A stretch of DNA of 64,000 bases, taken from Pseudobdellovibrionaceae bacterium. GTDB taxonomy: Bacteria; Bdellovibrionota; Bdellovibrionia; Bdellovibrionales; UBA1609. The notes under the pieces are model-generated. The model did not search any database. It was not told where the DNA came from and saw nothing but the letters and a program-made list of their open reading frames with translations. A program made the translations under genes and the position numbers. Positions 61,960-64,000 of the stretch are shown here, in pieces. Within the stretch, counting starts at the first letter, position 1. The number at the start of each line of letters is the position of its first letter. The stretch is taken from contig JACKAM010000001.1 of assembly GCA_020635075.1 (NCBI GenBank), forward strand, positions 1,155,402-1,219,401, in the 5' to 3' direction.

Positions 61960-63129
61960 TTACATGGGGTCTACACTAATCAGGTTTTTCAGTTCGTTGA
62001 GTCGCTTCTTCTCGTGATAGGGAACATGAACCCCCGAACTACCGGAATAACCAACAAAAACACTTTCTTCCAAACGCTCGTAGCACTTACGGGCCAAGGG
62101 GCCCTTGGGCCACTCACGGACACAGGATTCAAAATAGAATTCATGAAGATTCCAGTATCCCAAGTCACCGAGGACCTCATAACTTTCACCGAGGAGGAAA
62201 TAGGCCTCGGCTAATTGGCTGGCGCGCTTCATTCCGGTTAATCCGTCATGAAGAATCGTCGTAGCTACCAAATATTCCACATCAGAGCTATGATCCTTGC
62301 GGTACTCCTGCCCTTTGCGTGCCTTTTGAATCATGTTCTTTGCTGTGCGGATCGGGTTTTTAGCCGAAGTCCCACCCTTAATCGAGCTGGACCAGGACTC
62401 CAAAGACTTTTTCCATTTGCGAGTGTCTTCAATCAGGTAATAGGGCACGGCCTTCCGCTCTAAGAATTGATCCAACTTGGTGATGGCTCGTGAGGGCTCT
62501 TTCTTCACTCTCACCATCAAGGAAAGGTAACGACGCAGGGCTCTTTCCACTTCAAAAGGAAAATCACGGCCTTCTTTGTTGTCGTCAATGACCGATTCAA
62601 GTGTTGTCAGAGCCTCATCGTAGCGCCGACTGGCGACCAATAGGTCGGACTTCTCCAAGCGATTTAATTTAAGTCCCGCCAAGTCCAGGCCGCCACCTTT
62701 AAACTCAGGTCCCACAGCATTGCGGGTGTGACAACGGAAACAATGACCCACCACCGACTTCATCACGCTGCGGCTGTACTCCTTATGGCCAGAGTCAAAG
62801 CCTTCAACGGCACGATTTAAATCGCCGCGGAACCGATTTAAGGTAAACGTGAATAATGGGTCCTGCCCTACAAGCTCTTTTGATTTGTCCGGTGAAATAT
62901 TGTGAACACTTTTAGAGAAAGACTCCATCCCCGCACGGATCTTCTTTTCATTACGGGAGTCAGTAAACTCTGCACGATCATAAATGAGTGGGATCATGTG
63001 GTTTAGCGATTGCTCCAGATTTTGCATTTGCGAGGGCCAATTTTCACTTTCCCCTTTTTTTTCAGCCTGCTGACAGGCAACAGGTAGTGCCAAAAGCATG
63101 AGAGCAAACATAACGACCGTCTTTTTCAT
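61960..63129 (-). CDS. Lipoprotein with a single CxxCH motif and a helical-repeat C-terminus
   Basis: Lipobox 'LALPVAC'. 'VVGHCFRCHTRNAVGPEF' is a heme-c-type motif. The C-terminal half is TPR-like and helical. No firm family assignment. Confidence 0.55.
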   Translation of the reverse strand: MKKTVVMFALMLLALPVACQQAEKKGESENWPSQMQNLEQSLNHMIPLIYDRAEFTDSRNEKKIRAGMESFSKSVHNISPDKSKELVGQDPLFTFTLNRFRGDLNRAVEGFDSGHKEYSRSVMKSVVGHCFRCHTRNAVGPEFKGGGLDLAGLKLNRLEKSDLLVASRRYDEALTTLESVIDDNKEGRDFPFEVERALRRYLSLMVRVKKEPSRAITKLDQFLERKAVPYYLIEDTRKWKKSLESWSSSIKGGTSAKNPIRTAKNMIQKARKGQEYRKDHSSDVEYLVATTILHDGLTGMKRASQLAEAYFLLGESYEVLGDLGYWNLHEFYFESCVREWPKGPLARKCYERLEESVFVGYSGSSGVHVPYHEKKRLNELKNLISVDPM

Positions 63130-63245
63130 ACACGCCTTCCCTAAAAGTTTACCAATATCGTAACCTTATCCAGAGTCACTGTCTTCTCAAAATCCGGCCT
63201 TGAGGTCAATTGCCCCACTTTCACTGCGAGGCGGCAACTACTCAT

Positions 63246-63273
63246 AAAAAAAGCGATCCCTTGAGGGATCGCT
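63246..63273 (-). terminator. Rho-independent terminator
   Basis: Perfect 9-bp stem AGCGATCCC (63252-63260) / GGGATCGCT (63265-63273) with a 4-nt loop. The minus-strand transcript continues into U7 (A-run 63246-63252). It begins 35 nt after the stop at 63308. Confidence 0.7.
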
Positions 63274-63307
63274 CTTCGTTTTGTCTATTAAGAATGGCAG
63301 AGATTCA

Positions 63308-64000
63308 CTAGCCCTTTTTCTTATAGGTACTGTGGGTCATAAGTGTGCATTCCCGATTAAGTGCCCCACCAAATTTCTGATCCAAAGAAAACCACACCGG
63401 CGCCTTGAGCTCTTTGGAATAAAAGAACTTGGAGTTAACCAAATCAGTCGCTGACGAGCGGGAAGTCACAACCGGCACAATGTCGACCAATCCAAATGGC
63501 GTTGTCTTGTAGGTCGTCTCTGGATGAATGGCCACGCGGATGGTGAACTTTCCATCCTTAACTTGAGGGATATTCACTGTTCCATGATAGGCTCCCGGCT
63601 TCACCCCGGCCCCTGCGAGGGGAGTCAAACCATTCCCACCAGTATCAAAGGTGCGAATCACCTTGCCATTGGCCGAAATCTTCTTCACGAGGCCGGCGTA
63701 AAAAAGCCACGGCGGCGTTTCCACCTCAGTGGCCTTGCCATCTTTCACCAGCTTGATAACTGAATTTCCCGTTCCCGCGCTTTGAATGGTGTATTCTAGC
63801 TCTTTGGTGTCTCCTTTGCACTGATATTTGAGCACTGTCCCCTTGTCCGGCCATGCGAACTGAGTACCCGCAGATTTGGCCAGCTCCTTATCCATTTTTA
63901 TGCCTGCAGTGACACAATCCCAGCCTCGTTCAGGCAGGGCTCCCGCGATCTTTTCCTCGACATTAAAGCGAAAAACCGGGCTGAATTTGACCGATACTGT
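63308..64000 (-). CDS. Hypothetical protein; 5' end outside the window
   Basis: The listed ORF starts at 63895. I translated the minus-strand frame upstream by hand and it stays open to base 64000 (...TVSVKFSPVFRFNVEEKIAGALPERGWDCVTAGIKMDKELAKS...). The gene therefore probably starts beyond the window. No motif recognised. Confidence 0.5.
   Translation of the reverse strand, partial: TVSVKFSPVFRFNVEEKIAGALPERGWDCVTAGIKMDKELAKSAGTQFAWPDKGTVLKYQCKGDTKELEYTIQSAGTGNSVIKLVKDGKATEVETPPWLFYAGLVKKISANGKVIRTFDTGGNGLTPLAGAGVKPGAYHGTVNIPQVKDGKFTIRVAIHPETTYKTTPFGLVDIVPVVTSRSSATDLVNSKFFYSKELKAPVWFSLDQKFGGALNRECTLMTHSTYKKKG

Overview
This is a 64-kb, densely coding chromosomal segment. I support about 55 CDS, one tRNA (initiator tRNA-fMet), four terminator-like hairpins and two further hairpins. 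I saw no rRNA, no CRISPR array and no transposase, integrase or phage genes. GC looks roughly balanced by eye (not computed).

The gene content suggests a Bdellovibrionota/Oligoflexia-like Gram-negative. The cues are an HD-GYP protein with a degenerate GYP motif, many lipobox or signal-peptide orphan proteins with Pro-rich linkers, PSCyt1-like CxxCH modules, and a trmD operon carrying a TM1570-like SPOUT gene. This placement is inference only, since no search was possible.

Housekeeping anchors:
- lptD.
- The minus-strand block ABC ATPase / ABC-2 permease / ffh / rpsP / KH protein / rimM / trmD / SPOUT methyltransferase / rplS / rnhB / yraN.
- Also an M28 peptidase, a class IV aminotransferase, Hsp20, an outer-membrane-factor + RND pair, and TrkA/TrkH.

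The rest is mostly lineage-specific secreted or membrane proteins.

Best candidates for something undescribed:
1. A five-gene ion-flux operon (45390-54529). Its centrepiece is a 1397-aa single ORF fusing a CPA2 antiporter to about 670 aa of unknown helical sequence, a P-loop NTPase with an Arg-for-Lys Walker A, and a winged helix.
2. A co-directional cluster at 7290-13923. It holds two DUF4360-like secreted paralogs, a 562-aa secreted orphan translationally coupled to a TPR + OmpR-type winged-helix protein, a 10-bp-phased direct repeat right after that gene, and two more Cys-rich secreted proteins.
3. An Hsp20 gene followed by a Q/Y/P-rich 'xFYG' repeat protein.

All functional calls come from motif recognition by eye. 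None was verified by database search.
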